From the NCBI RefSeq assembly GCF_009914755.1, contig NC_060935.1: a stretch of DNA of 64,000 nucleotides. One strand, written 5' to 3'. The stretch's first letter is position 1; each line of letters begins with the position of its first letter. The notes beneath the pieces are model-generated. The model was not told the origin of the DNA, did not search any database, and was given only the letters and a program-made list of their open reading frames with translations. The translations under genes and the position numbers were made by a program. This DNA comes from the human T2T-CHM13v2.0 reference genome, Homo sapiens. Below, in pieces: positions 15,886-31,219 of this stretch.

Positions 15886-15948
15886 TGTGTGTATGTCTGT
15901 GTGTGTGTGCATGCGTGAGTGTGTGTGTGTGTGTGCATGTGTGTGTGT
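15886..15948. repeat. Interrupted (TG)n microsatellite
   Basis: Directly visible. Confidence 0.85.
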
Positions 15949-16526
15949 AGGTGACTGAGGCCAGGATAGGGAGTACAAGTATTTGAGAATCTCAAACCAA
16001 AGGGTAAATAGAAACAAAAACCTTGACACAGAAAACTATTCAGAGCATGGTTATTTAAGAATAAGGCACACCGCGAAATGACTGGAGCATAAGGTATGTG
16101 TAAAGCAAGGCAAATGTCCTGACCCCTTTGACTATTACACCTGAAAAAAGAAGACTAAGATGGTGAAACAGAAGGTAACCCACTCATAATTCCCCCCACC
16201 AAAATAAGAACGCTACACCCATCCATAGCCTCATGACTCAGGTAGGAGTTTGGGAAACCCAAGTGGAGCCAAAGACCTTGAAGGATCATTTCGAGAGTGC
16301 AGACTGATACTCAGGTAGCTTATCCACTATGCTTGCTCCCTAGTTCACATCTGGAAATGGCCCGTTCTTCCCAGAGGTTTGGTTACAGCTCAATTTGTTC
16401 TCGAGCCTGCAACCAAAACCATCTGCCAAGGAATCCAGGAGTTGTACACTCCAGTGCGTTGGTGGACAGGCTTGTCTGCCCAGTAATATCACTCTAGGAA
16501 GTAAACCTGAGAGTGGCCCTGTGGCT

Positions 16527-17330
16527 TAACTCCAGTTCCACTCAGCAGAAGTCTCAGCTCAGAGCTGTGTGCACAAGGACCCAGAGGGAGATTCACTTAT
16601 ATTTTTCAGCCCAGGAGTCTGAGCCTCCTAAGTGAGTTCATTAACTTCCTTCTGACAGCAAATCTAGGGGACCCGGTTTCAGCTCCAGCCCCTTCTGCTG
16701 CAGTCAAGGAACTATCCTGTCTTTGCAGGGTCCTCCTGGAAGATGCATGCCCCTCTGAACCAATGAGATTGGGCTCTTCAGCCTCTGTCCCACAATAGGT
16801 GATGAAGGGGTATAGACCCAGCTCCAGTCCTTATACTGCAGAGACCTATCCTGCCTGCACAGGGACTTGCTGGGAGACTCGTGCTCCTCTGAACCAAAGA
16901 GATGAGGATCTCCAGCTTCATCCCACAGCAGATCCTGAGGGGACCCAGTCTCAGCTCCAGTCCCTGCCTGCTGCAATCAGAAACTATGCTATCTGTTTAA
17001 GAATTTGGTAGGCAAAATGCACCCTTCTGAGTAGAGACAATACTTTTCAGCTTCTATCCCATAGCAGATACCAAGGGGTCTCAGTCTCAGTTCTGGCCTC
17101 TCCTGGTAAAACAGAGGAAATATCCAACTTGTGCGGGGGCCTGCTGGGTAATGTATGCCCATCAGGGCCAATTACACAGGGCCATCAGCCTCCTTCTCAA
17201 AGCAGATCCTGAAGGGGCCCAGTCGCAACTCCAGCACCTTTCACTACAGTCAGGGAACCACCCAACTCATGTGGAGACCTGCTGGGAAACATGCTTGCTT
17301 GGATCACCAGGACAGTCTGCTGGTCTCTGA
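16527..17330 (+). repeat. Tandem array of ~137-bp diverged monomers (5, possibly 6) in the L1 5' UTR
   Basis: Anchor cagctccag/cagttctgg/caactccag recurs at 16680, 16819, 16952, 17088 and 17226 (spacings 139, 133, 136, 138), with a weaker copy at 16527; shared cagcagatcctgagggg, cctctga and gcttc/gcctc motifs. Confidence 0.85.
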
Positions 17331-20300
17331 TCCTCGGACAGCATTCCCACGCAACTCAGGCCCTTGGTTGGTCTTCCCCAGGTCCATCTGGCCCCAAAAG
17401 ATACATCAGTCTTGGAGTCCTCATGACACTCACAGCCAGCCTGGGCTTATAAAATGTCTTTTAGTGCTGAAACAGCTGCAGTGGTCACAAGTTCAGGAAA
17501 CTTGCCAGTCTGCTTAGAATCCCTGGAAGGCCCTCTGAAGAAGGACAAACACAAAGTCAGAATACGAACACTAAAATAAATACCTAATCCCTCAACGCAC
17601 AGATATCATTGCATGTCCAAAGCACCAAGAACACTCAGGGACATATGACCTCACCAAATGAAGAAAATGAGGTGCCAGAGACCAAACCTAAAGGGGTGGA
17701 GATGTGTGATCTCTCAAATAAAGGCTTCAAAATAGTTGTTTTAAGGAAGCTCATTGAGCTTAAACAAAATGCAGAGAATTAATTCAGAAGTTTATTGGAG
17801 AAATTTAACACAAATTGAAATAATTTTTTTAAAAATCAAACAGAAATCTTAGAGATGAAAAATACAATGGATGAATTAAAAAATGCAATAGAATATTACC
17901 AACAGAATTGACCAAACAGAAGAAAGAATCTGTGAGCTCCAAGACAGACTACTTGAAAATATACAGTCAGAGGAGAAAAACTTTAAAACAAAGGAATGAG
18001 CAAAGTTTTTGAGATCTATGAAATAACATAAAAAGGGCAAATATTTAGGTTATTAATCTGAAAAAGGGGAAATGAGAAAGACAAAGTAGTGGAAATAAAT
18101 TAAATATTATTCAAAGAAATATTTAAAGAAATAATAACAAAATTTTTCAAACCTGGGGAAAGACATAAATATCCAGGTAATAGAAGGTCAAAGGCAACCA
18201 ATCAAATTCACCCTAAATAAGAATACCCCAATACCTATTATAATCATATTCTCAAAGGACAAAACATTGAGAGGATCCTGAAAGCAGCAAAAAGAAGGAA
18301 ACAGCATATAAGAAAGATCCAGTACACCTGGCAGCAGGCTTCACAGTAGAAATCTTATAGGCCAGGCAAAAGAGGGACAATATATACAGAGTGCTGAAGA
18401 AAAATAAAAAATCCCAGCCCAGAAAATTGTACCCAGAAAAGCTATTCTTCAAAAATGGAGAAACAGGCTGGTTCCAGAAAACAAAAGTTGAGGGACTTTA
18501 CTGCTACCAGATCTGACCTACAGGAAATGCTAAGGGGAGTTCTTCAAACCAAAAAAAAAAAAAAATCCTAACATGATTGTTACACTGATATTGTAACCAT
18601 GGCATGTAAACCACTAAGTCTTTACTAAGAAGGTTAGAAGACAAAACTATTAAATATAATAATAACAAAAACAATTTGTTAAGAGATAGGCATTGCTAAA
18701 AATGTAAACTATGACATTAAAAACTCAAAATATAAAGAAAGAAGGGGGTTAATGCATATAGGTTTTGTTTTTGCTTCTTTTTTTCTTTTCATTTTAAATT
18801 TTGCAGTCAAAATTAAGTTGGTATCAGTTTTAAATAATTTGTTATAATGATAGAATTTTTTTGGTAAGCCTTGTGGTAACCACAAAGCAAAAACTTACAA
18901 CAGATACACTAAAAATAAAAAGGGACAAATTAAAATATATATTACCTGAGAAAATTGCTTAAGCACAAAGGAGGATATTAAAAAAAAAGAGAGAGGAAAA
19001 GAGAAGACATTAAGAAAGAAAGAGAAGAAGAGAGAAGTAAGAAAACAAGTAGAAAGCAAGTAACAAAATGGCAGTAGTTAGTTGTTACCTGTTAATAATA
19101 ACATTGAATATAAATAGACCGAATTCCCCAATAAAACATATACAGTGGTTGAATGAATTTAAAAGCAAGACTCAACTATATGCTGTCAACAAAAACTCAC
19201 TTTACCTATAAAGACTCACATAGACTAAAAGTAAAGAGATGGAAAAACATATTCAATGCAAATGAAAACCAAAAAAGAGCAGAAGTGGTTATACTTATTT
19301 CAGATGAAGTAGACTTTAAGCTAAAAACTATAAAAGGAGACAAAGAAGGTCACTGTATAATGATATTATATAATGATCATATATAATGATTATAAATAAA
19401 TATTTATGTATAAAAAATATAAAACAAATAATAAATCTAAAAAGAGAAACAGACTGCAATACAACAATCATAGGAGACTTCGACATCCCACTTTCAGCAA
19501 TGGACAGATCATCCAGGCAAAAAATCAACAAAGAAACACTGAAGTTAAATTGTAGTCCTTAACAAATTTTAAAAAGTCAGAATCATATCCAATATCTTTT
19601 CTGACCACAAGAGAATAAACCTAGAAATCAATAACAAATGCATCTGTGGAAACTAAAAGTATATGGAAAGTAAAAAACATGTTCCTGAATGACCAATGGA
19701 TCAATGAAGAAATTAAGAAAGAAATTTTTTAAATTATTTTTAAAAATAAAAATAGAAACACATATGCCAGAACCGATAGAATAGAGCAGAAGCAGTTCTA
19801 ACAGGGAAGTTTATAGCAATAAGATCCTACATCAAAATAGTAGAAAGATTTCAAATAAAAAATCCAATGATGAACCTCAGGGAACTAGAATAGCAAGAAC
19901 AAGCCAAACTTAAAATTAGTAGGAGGAAAGAAATAATAAAAGTCAGGGCAGAAACAGTGAAATGAAGGCTAAAACAAACAAACAAACAAACCCAAAGATC
20001 AATAAAACAAAAAGTCATTTTTAAGATAAACAAAATCAATAAACTTTTAGCCAGATTAAGAAAAAAGAGAGAAAGCCCAAATAAATAAAATCAGAGAAGA
20101 AAAAGAAAACATTATAACAGATACCACAGACATTGAAAGGATTATTAGAGACTACTATGAACAACTATACACCAAAAAATTGGAAAACCTAGAAGATATG
20201 GATACATTTCTGGACACATGCAACTTACCAAGGTTGAACCATGAAGAAACAGAAAACCTGAACAGACCAATAGCGAGTATGAAATTGAAATAGTAAAAAA

Positions 20301-20815
20301 CATCTCACGTCTAAGAAAAGCCCAGAACTTGGCAGAGTCACTGCTGAATTCTTCCAAACCTTTAAATAGAACTAATACCTATTCTACTCAAACTATTGTA
20401 TAAAATCTAAATGGAGGGAATACTTCCAAACTTATTCTAAGAGGCCAGAATCATCCTGATACCAAAACCAGACAAAGACACAAAGAGAAAACTACTGGTC
20501 AATAACCTTGATGAATATAGGTGCAAAATCTCTCAGCAAAATACTAGCAAATGAAATTCAACAAATTTTAAAAATCATTCACCATGATCAAGTAAAATTC
20601 ATACCAGGGAGGCAAGGGTGGTTTAACACACTCAATCAGTAAATGTGATACATCACAAAGGACAAATCAAAGACAAAAACCATATGATTTTTTAAATAGA
20701 TGCCAAAAAAGCATTCGATAAAATTTAACATCTCTTCATGATAAAAATTTTCAGCAAATTGGGTATGGAATATACCCCAACATGATAAAGGCCATATATT
20801 AGAAACCCATGACTA

Positions 20816-21131
20816 GGTGGGGCACAGTTGCTTATGCCTATAATCCCAGCTCTTTGGGAGGCCGAGATGGGTGGATCACTTGATGTCAGGAATTTGAGAC
20901 CAGACTGGCCAACATGGCGAAAACCCATCTCTACTAAAAACATAAAACTTAGATGGGCATGGTGGCATGGGCCTGTAATTTCAACTACTTGGAGGCTGAG
21001 ACACGAGAATTTCTTGAACTTGGTAGTTGGAGGTTGCAGTGAGCCAAGATTGTGCCACTGCACTCCAGCCTGGGTGACTGAGACTCTGTCTCAAAATAAA
21101 TAAATAAATAAATAATAAATGAACAAACAAA
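20816..21131 (+). mobile_element. AluS (Sx/Sz-like) inserted in L1MA4 ORF2
   Basis: Full dimer with (TAAA)n tail; TSD aaacccatgacta (20803-20815) / aaacccacgacta (21132-21144), differing by one CpG transition. Confidence 0.93.
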
Positions 21132-23359
21132 AAACCCACGACTAATTTCATACTTAACAGGGAAAAATAAAAAGCCTTTCCTCTAAAATCTAGGACAAGA
21201 CAAAGATGTCGACTTTCACTACTTCCATTCACCACAATAGTGGAAGTCATAGCCAGAGCAATTAGGGAAGAGAAGGAAATAAAAGGCATACAAACTAAAA
21301 AGACAAAAGTTGAATTATACTTGTTTGCAGATGATATGATATTATACTAAGAAAAATCTAGACTCCACTAAAAAATGCTTAAAACTACTAAAGGAATTCA
21401 GTAAAGCTGCAGGATTCAAAATCAACATATGAAAATCAGCAGCATTCATAAACACTAACAATGATCAATCTGAAAAATAAATCAAGAAAGTAGTTATGTT
21501 TACAATAGCTACAACAAGGAGAAATATCTAGGAATAAACTTGCCAAAGAAGGGAAAGATTTCTACAAAGAAATCTACGAAGCACCGATGACAGGAATAGA
21601 AGAGGGCACCAAAAAATGGAAAACTGTCCTATGCCTATGGAGTGGAAGAATTAATATTGTCAATATACATATACTACTCAAAGTGATCTATAGATTCAGT
21701 GAAATCCCTATCAAAATTCCAATGACATTGTCAACAGAAATTAAAACAAAAATTTCAATTTGTATGGAACCACAAATGACTTGAATAGCTAATAGAACCC
21801 TGAATAAAAAGAACAAAGAAGAAGGCATCACCCTACCTAATTTCGAATTATACTACAAAGCTATAGTAGCCAAAACAGCATGAAACTGGCATAAAATCAC
21901 ATACATAGACCCATGGAACTCAATGGAGAACCCAGAAATAAATCAACACCCTTACAGCTAACTCATTTTTGATAAAATCACCAATAATATACATTGGGGA
22001 AAGAACAGTCTTTTTAATAAATGGTGCTAGGAAAACTAGATATCCGTATATAAGAAGAATGAAACTAGATACCCACCTCTCACTATAAACAAACATGAAC
22101 TCAAAATGTACTAGAGAATTAAATGTGTGACCTTAAATTATAAAACTATTAAAATAAAACTTTGAAGAAACACTTCAGGACATTGCCCTGGGCAAATGTT
22201 TTGGCATAAGAACTCAAAAGCACAAGCAACAAAAGCAAAAATAGACAGATAGGATTACATCAACGAAAAAGCTTCTGCACAGCAAGGGAAACAATAAATA
22301 AAGTGAAGAGACAACCTATACAATGGGAAAACACATTTGCAAACTATTCATTCAATTAAGGCACTCATGTCTGGAATACACAAGAAACTCAAACAAAGCC
22401 AGAAATAAATAATACAATTTAAAAATGGGCAAAGGATCTGAACAGATAAGTTTTTCCAAAGAAGACATTAAAAAAATGGACAACAGGTATATAAAAATAT
22501 GTTCAGCATCTCTAATCATAAGAAAAATGCAAATCAAAACCACAATTAGATTTTATCTCTTTTCAGTTAGAATGGCTATAATTAAGAAGACAAAAAAAAA
22601 TAATGCAGGTGAGGATGCAGAGAAAAATAAACTGATATATTGTTGGTGGGAAGGTAAATACATACAGCCATTATGGAAAACAATATGAATGTTTCCTAAA
22701 AAAGCTAAAAATAGACCTACAATATGAACCAGCAATGCCATTACTGGATATATATCCAGTATGTTGAAGAGATATGTGCACTCCCATGTTTATTGCAGCA
22801 TTATTCACAGTGGTCAATATATGATATCAAACTACATGTCCATCACCAGATGAATAGAAAAATAAAGTGTGGTATATACATAATGAAGACCTATTCAGCC
22901 ATAAAAAAGAATGAAATCTGTCATTTGCAGTAACATGGATGAACCTGAAGGACATTATATTACGTGAATGAAGTCAGGCATGGAAAGTTAAATGCTACAT
23001 ATTCTCACCCACATGTGGAAACTACAAAATTGATGTCGAGAAGTAGAGTACAAAAGTGTTTACCAGAGGCTGAGAAAGGTAAAGGATGCAGGGGAGAAGT
23101 AGAAACTAGTCAACAAATACAAAATTATAGCTGGATACGAGGAATAAGTTCAATTTTCCATAACACTGTAGGGAGACTACAGTAACGATAATTAATTGTA
23201 TATTTTCAAATAAAAGAGAGGATTTTGTTATAAACCTGAAAAAATGATAAAGATTTGAGTTGATAGATATGCTAATTACCATCACTTAATCATTACACAT
23301 TATATTCATGATTATAAATATCACACTATATTTTAAAAATAATTTAGTATGTGTCAACT

Positions 23360-23361
<2 letters not shown>

Positions 23362-23403
<42 letters not shown>
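23362..23403. repeat. (AC)~21 microsatellite at the L1 3' tail
   Basis: Directly visible. Confidence 0.95.
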
Positions 23404-23407
<4 letters not shown>

Positions 23408-24686
23408 AAATTAACAAAACAAAACAGAGTATCCTCATCTTGGATGTTAAAACTGGAAATGTGCTTTTTCTTCCATTGACCTGCTGCTTGTAGAGCATAA
23501 TTAATCCTTGACTCTTTGCACCAATCCTGGACACAGCTCTGAGTGGACCTACCAGCTTGCTGCCTGCATATGAGGATTCAAGGATTCTGCACAGTAACAT
23601 TTAAGGATTTCAAAGTTAAGAACATTAGTGCTACATCCAAACTAAAGGAAAAAGAAGTATTGTAGTAAGTTGGAATAAATCTATTGATTGGAATCATGTC
23701 ATTGAGGCCAGACAGCAGGGCTAAGCGAATCCCCTAACCCAGCACAATTACCACGATCCTGTTCTCACTAGGATTTTCTCTCTCAAAAATTGTATAGAAG
23801 AGGATAGGACAAAGATATAGACCAGCTTGGCTACAAAACAATTGGTTTTTCTCTTGAGCTCAGGAAAAGAAATTAAGAACCCATAGACAAGAATGTGAAA
23901 ACAAAAATAACCTAACCAAAGTGCCAGTGGAAGGAATTGCTTCACAGCAGTCAACTATGCAACCATTACTGACCAAAAATGACGGCACATTCAGTTTATA
24001 TAACACTCAGTCTTCTCAGAAATATTTGAGAAAATACAGAAAGAGCGTACACCTATCTTCAACCTCATTGAGTTCAACTTAAGATCACCGGAATCCACTT
24101 ATATGAATGGAAAAAAAAGAAAAAAAAACCTTGTAAAGTTTATTTTCACCCTAGAAGTTTCCAGTAACAGAGCATCTATGTTCGATGAATATCTCAGAAG
24201 ACTTTTCTTTTACTTTGAATACATATTTAAAGAGAAAAAAAAAAAACCACAATTCAAGCATTGAAAGTAGGCTAACTTAAAAACAAACAATAAAAACAAT
24301 CAAATCAGAGTAATGAATTACTCTTCTCATGAGATTAGAGAAGCCCAATCATTTCTACAGATCAGAAGCTATAATTTTAACCACAAATAAGTATTGTTAA
24401 TAGAAATGTAAAGTGGTGCTAAAACCAAGCATGCAAAACTAACTGCAGCTCCTCCATGAAAATGGTAGAATCAGCATTTAAATAAGTGTTCACTTCTAAA
24501 TAAGAGCAAACTATTAGCCTTATATAGTGTTAAACAGCTTAGAAATATTACCTTATTTGTGCTTCAAAACAGCTTCTAATACAAAGGCAATTGTATACAT
24601 GTTATAGGTGAATAAAGTCCCTCAGAGAGCTTCCCAAATCCACATGGCTAATTTATGATAAAGCTCGTGGTACCCAGCACACTCAC

Positions 24687-24834
24687 CTCTCCAAGGCAAA
24701 TCATTAGACGACAGATATGATATTAGATTCTAAACATCTGATGCTGCCGATTTCACTGGATCTTACAAGGAAGACATTTTATGACTTTACAATTGTAATC
24801 CTTTTTTTCTGTAAATTGTATTTCATAAGACACA
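24687..24834 (-). other. Possible minus-strand non-coding exon (unverified)
   Basis: Strong donor GAG|GTGAGT (plus strand actcac|ctc, 24681-24689); candidate acceptors at 24808 (TTTACAG|) or 24834 (CTTATTTACTGTATAG|). Motif evidence only. Confidence 0.2.
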
Positions 24835-25825
24835 CTATACAGTAAATAAGTATAAAGTCACAGTAAGAGCACAAAATGGCATTTCCTGAATTATCACTTA
24901 TGTCATGGAAGTTTCGGACACTCATGTTTCTTTTAAATATTTATGATACCCAGTAGGGTAGAGTCTTGTGTGCTCCAGAAATAATTATCCCTAAAAATCT
25001 TGGATCTTCTTTTTTTCCTAAGCCAAAGTTATCAATACCAATTGTACTAGAACAAATGTTCATAAGAATTCTAGTGGAACAGCTCTATCAGTTTTACTAT
25101 TACTTTAATTCCAGGTTTCATATGTCAATCCTTGGGACTGGGCTCAGAGAACCATCAAAGTGGCAGATATTTCAATATTATTTTTGGTTATCCTCCTATC
25201 AGATCCATCTCTTAACAAACGCAGGGTGGAACTATTCTGTCTTCTAAGTGAGCCTGAGATATCAGAATGAATTTTAATTAAATCCATATAAATGTAGGTA
25301 AAGCATATCTAGATTGATAAAATATTTTTACAATCACTTATAGAAAACCTTTCAGCAGCAAATTACTCTCCTATGTTATGTAGATACAATAACAAAGAAG
25401 ACAGCCCTAGTTTCTGACACTATGAATATTTCAGTATGGGTGAGAGAGAAATGTGAAACATTATCACATCAACTAATGAAGTTACATTATAATCATGACT
25501 GCAAAATTACACAATATATTATTATAACTGGGATGAGCACTTGGAAACATATAATTAGGAGAATTAATCTAGTCTTGTAGAGCAAGGGGAGGAGGGGGAG
25601 AAGGTTAGGTGGAGTTTATCTAAACAAGGAAATAGTTAAACAAAAAAAAGTGTAAAATTATTAAAAGAAGGCTAGCAAAGAGAGTGGTTAAAGATATGAA
25701 AATATTGTCTATATTATATTGAGTAAATAATGGCATCATATTAAATTGTATGTAAAGCATAGTATCAGTTAAGTGAAAATGCTTTTAAAAAGATTAAAAA
25801 TAGATAAAACAAGATATAACTTGAG

Positions 25826-26130
25826 TTTTTGTTTTTGTTTTTTTTTTTCTTGAGACAGAGTCTCACTGTATCTCCCATGCTGGAGTGCAGTGGCACGATC
25901 TTGGCTCACTGCAAACTCTGTTGCCTGGGTTCAAACAATTATCCTTCCTCAGCCTCCCAAGTAGCTGGTATTACAGGCACCTGCCACCATGCCCAGCTAA
26001 TTTTTGTATTTTCAGTAGAGACGGGGTTCACCATCTTGGCCAGGCTAGTCTTGAACTCCTGACCTCATGATCCACCCGCCTCGGCCTCCCAAAGTGCTGG
26101 GATTACAGGCGTGAGTCACCACACCTGGCC
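25826..26130 (-). mobile_element. AluSg-like element
   Basis: Reverse Alu ending cacacctggcc; 'gacctcatgatcc' and 'caccatcttggcc' variants; TSD core ataacttga at 25816-25824 and 26131-26139. Confidence 0.92.
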
Positions 26131-26282
26131 ATAACTTGACTATTTCTGAAGGCTGCTATTATTATTTATTTTAAAAATAGATTTCTATTTAAATGTTTGT
26201 ATTATAATATTTAAATAAGAAAACACTTTGAATCAGGAAAATGAACTAGGCTTCCTTGGGGAGAAGGGAAATTTTTCAACTA

Positions 26283-26721
26283 CAGTTGACCCTTGAACAA
26301 TATCAGTTTGAACTGCATGGATTCATTTATATGCTAATTTTCTTCCATCTCTGCCACCCCTGAGACAGCAAGACCAAGCCCTCCTCTTCTTTTCTCCTCC
26401 TCAGCCTGCTAAAGTGAAGGCAATGAGGATGAAGACCCTTATGATGATCTACTTCCACTTAATGAACAGTAAATAAATTTCCTCTTTTTCATAATTTTCT
26501 TGATAACATTTTCTTTTCTCTACGTTACTTTATTTTAAGAATGTAATATATAATACATATTTTACGGAAAATGTGTGTTAACTGTTTATGTTATCAGTAA
26601 GGCTTCTGGTCAACAGTAGGCTAACAGTAGTTAAGATCTGAAGGAGTCGAAAGTTATACATGGGTTTCCATCTGCAAAAGGGTCAATACCTTTAACCCTA
26701 ACATTGTTCAGGGGTCAAGTA
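26283..26721 (+). mobile_element. Tigger2a (MER28) TcMar-Tigger MITE
   Basis: TA|cagttgacccttgaacaa ... ttgttcaggggtcaagta|TA terminal inverted repeats with TA TSD; internal ctgccacccctgagacagcaagacc...gaggatgaagacc typical of Tigger2; ~440 bp. Confidence 0.9.
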
Positions 26722-27039
26722 TACATGCTTCTCTTCATTATCTATACCAGTTCATTTAGGAAAGCAAACTTAGTAAAAGAGATATCCTAGATTAAAGTAT
26801 ACGAAAAACCCAATGCAAATTGTGAGTACTGTGTGTGTGCACATGGAAGTCATTCATTTAAACATGAGATTTCATGGTCACTATTTGACGTGTTTGAAAT
26901 ACACCTTCTCTAAATTCATTCTTCTGGTCATCATTAAATATGAACTCAGAGAGAATATTGAGGAATGTGTGAAAGCCATCTTATTTTTATGACTAAAAAT
27001 TTAATTTTCAGAAACAAAAGTAGAAGTAAATTGGACACA

Positions 27040-27270
27040 AATCAATACTGGCACTTAAAAAGTATCTAATATATGCCAGCAACTGCTCACTGTTTGCTCA
27101 CACATGTCATTTTATTGCTCTTCACAAAACCCCTGAGAGCAAGGTTTTATTATACTAATTTACTAAATAAGATCAAACTCAGCCATAGAAAGGTGAATAA
27201 TTAGTTCAGCCTCATAAATTAGCAACATCAAAACTGTGTTAAGGCCACTAGATGCCAAGTCTTAAAATTA
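27040..27270 (-). mobile_element. MIR fragment
   Basis: atatgccagc...ttcacaaaacccctgagag...aggtgaataattagttcag; reverse MIR. Confidence 0.55.
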
Positions 27271-27440
27271 CTATGGTGATTCTCTACCCCTATATATTAA
27301 ACTATATTTTTACCCTTATATATAATTTAAAATGAAAGTAATATAAAACCATACTATATATGTAAGCAAGTCAGCCAATATTCTAATTTTCCCCAAACCT
27401 ATTTTGTTGTTTATGTCTGAAATAACAGACATCATTTCCT

Positions 27441-27750
<310 letters not shown>

Positions 27751-27770
27751 TAAAAGAATAATAATGTTGG

Positions 27771-28123
<353 letters not shown>

Positions 28124-28309
28124 CTAATGGCAAAGCTAGATTTTAGCACTGGCCATGCCTGTTCAGTACATCATTCTTGAGTGTGACTTGCGGTTTGGAA
28201 TAATGATGTTGAGGGAGAGAAGAGTTTCCAAAAATAAAATGTTAGAAGGGATAAAAAGAAGAGTGGTCTAAAATAAGAAATATTATTCACGCTGAATAAT
28301 TGAAGGCAT

Positions 28310-28820
28310 TTTCTCCTTTCGAACATTTATTGAGCACTTCCTGTTTGCAAAATAATATAATAGGCTCTGAGGACATGGAGATGAATGAGGTGTGAAATTT
28401 GCATACTATTGGAAAAGAATTACCGGTAAAGACTCAATGACAATGCGATGCTACACACTATGGAAGAAACAAGGAGAGATTAAGGTACCTAATCCAGGTA
28501 AATGTGGTTTAAAAAAAAAATGCTTCTACTAGGTGACGATACTTGAGCAAGTCTTTGCGAACTGAACTAGAGGTTCAGAGGCAAGAAACCATGGCCATAG
28601 GAGAAAATGTTGGACACTCCCCATGGTTGGAGCTTAAGTGTTGATGGGAAAGTGGTCTTATATAAACCTGAAAGACAACAGAGCCCAAGTCATAAAGGAA
28701 TTGGTAAAAACCAAAAGAAATCAGGCTCCCTCCTAAAAACAATGGGATGTCACTGAAGGATTTCAGGTGAAAGAATCACATAATCCAATTTATATTATAG
28801 ACATTTCACTTTGAGTCCAT
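28310..28820 (-). mobile_element. L2 LINE 3' fragment
   Basis: aacatttattgagcacttcctgtttgc...taggctctgaggacatggagatgaatgag...caatggga-gtcactgaaggatttcagg; reverse L2. Confidence 0.7.
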
Positions 28821-29577
28821 GGCCAGTTTAATTCTGGATTCAAAAAGCTCTTAGAAGGTTTTATAGCAATTATATTTTCCTCAGTGTGACATTATTCCTA
28901 TATCTTTTCCCTACGATGTTTAGACTTGAGTAATCTTAGATATATGTAGGGACATGGTCTTTCTTTGTTAGTCCTGGAGCACAGTTTAGAGGAAGTGTAT
29001 GGGTACGTAAGGAGGCCAAGATGCCAACACAGAGGTCCATATTCTGGAGTCAAATAGTCCCCTTAGCAGGACTGAGACATCGGTCACATGTCCTAGAGCC
29101 CTAGCACTCACATGGGCTGAGGAGCAGAGTCAAGGTTTCATCCTTTACAAAGAGAGTAAAAGTTTTGTGATAAACCCATGTGTAACTAAATCAATCATTT
29201 AATGCTAGTTCCTTTATTTTGCCATCTAGTGCACTGAAATGTAACTAGAGAATAATATAAGAAAAGGCAAGAGAAAAAGAGAATGAAGATTAAAGAACAT
29301 CTTAGTTAAAACATAGGTTATTGAAAAGTTATGAAATTGAATAAAGATATCAAATTCTAAGAGGGCATTCCACATTTTCCTTTGATCTAAGATATTTAAT
29401 GTATATTAGATCATCTACTTCACAGTTTGGGACAACCTGAATTTTGGATGGAAAAAATAAAAATATGTTTAAGTGACCAGGGGTTATGTGACAGAAAAGG
29501 CATTATTTTCCTAAAATATGTGACATTTTCAGCTTTTGTAATCCATCATCAGATTCTTGATTTTTTTTTAAGTTCAG

Positions 29578-29895
<318 letters not shown>

Positions 29896-31219
29896 TTAAT
29901 GTATGTTTGCCGTATTAAGGTGATGCTATTAACCCGGTGGGATAATGTTGAAGAACAGGTGGTTTAGTCTCCTACAGTCTTTGTCCTGTTTGGAGAGTTT
30001 GCAAGAAAACAAGAGCCAGATCTCCTTCTGAGTTCAGAAGAGCTATCCACACTACAGCCTGCAAAAAAAGTGTTACTCACATCCTTTTTCACAGATGAGA
30101 AAGTTGAGAGTCCAAGATATTCCACTATTTTGCCCAGGTATTAACCAAATAGATTTTGGAAACATCATTTGTGCATTGGTCCATTTGCCTGCAAAAGTTA
30201 CATGTTATGTTTTCCATTATACAGCCCAGCCTTTATAAATGTATCGGAATGTTTTTCTCCCTGACTTGACCAAATCCTGGATGCTTTTCTTTCCTTTTCT
30301 ATCTAGGAAAATGGAGCTAGTTGTCTCCTCTCCATCCAAATTTACATATTCAAAAAGAGTTGTTGCATCCTTTATGCATTATTTATAGTTTGTTTTTATT
30401 TTTGTTTTTTATCCCAGAACAAGGACTAGTTTACCAAAACGTAAATAGGAAAACACTTTTCCTGGCATTCCTTCACCTGGGTTCCAAATCATCTTATCTT
30501 TGGTATGACATGCTAACCATTTTTCAATCCTTTGATATTCATGTAGCACCTTTCTTGACTGAAGGTATTAAGGCCCAGATACCAGATACAGAAAATCTTA
30601 AAAAAACAAAACTAATACCTAGTTTGACTTTCCTCCTGCCAAGTGAAGCCCACCTATGGACAGTGATTTCATTCATTACCCAGACTTCAGGACCCTTGGA
30701 TGCAAATACATACTATTGTGTTGAAAACTGAGCATTCTTAGTTAGAAACAGATCAGCTTCAGTGGCTCACAATTGTGGTTTTAACCTGAGAGAAGTACTG
30801 GTAAGGAAAAAGGGCAATTAAAATCAATTTGAAAGCATATCAGCAGAATAGATTATAAAGCAACAAAAGAAAAAAGAAAATTACCTAAGGAAAATTTTTT
30901 TTCAAATAGCAATGAAAGACTTGGTAAACGTTTGCTAAATTATAAGATTTAGATATGAAGAAACAGGCATTCTGATCAAATGGAATTACAAACACATTTA
31001 TTTATCAATGATACCTGCTTAATAATTATTTATTTGAGCGTGTACTTTCCATCTAAGTAATGTTCCACAGAATATACCTTCAGAAGCATTAATTTAATGG
31101 AAGAGAACACTGGACAAGGCATTGTGTCAGAACATGATTTTAAACCCCACTTGATATTAACTTGCTGTGTTAATGTGGACCACCCATTACTCCGTCTTAC
31201 TAAGGAAGTTAACATAGAG

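Larger units (their letters stand above)
16150..23350 (+). mobile_element. Near full-length ancient L1 (L1MA4/L1MA4A-type): 5' UTR, decayed ORF1, long inter-ORF spacer, decayed ORF2, 3' UTR
   Basis: Starts near aagatggtgaaacagaagg; ORF1-like sequence ~17600-18560; ORF2 ATG at 19068 (aaaATGgcagtagtt); track fragments THFTYKDSHRLKVKRWK (EN domain), WSGRINIV...IPIKIPM, FSKEDIK...ASLIIRKMQIKTT; 3' UTR tacaaaattatagctggata-gaggaataagttc...gatatgctaattacc is L1MA4-like. Many stops and indels. Confidence 0.9.

Noticed and set aside
16527-17330. Regularly spaced repeats as a CRISPR-like array
   Set aside because: Units are homologous along their whole length with no unique spacers, and they lie inside a mammalian L1 5' UTR.
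19355-19420. tataatgat x3 run in the L1 endonuclease region
   Set aside because: Local slippage/deletion scar in a dead L1; no functional implication.
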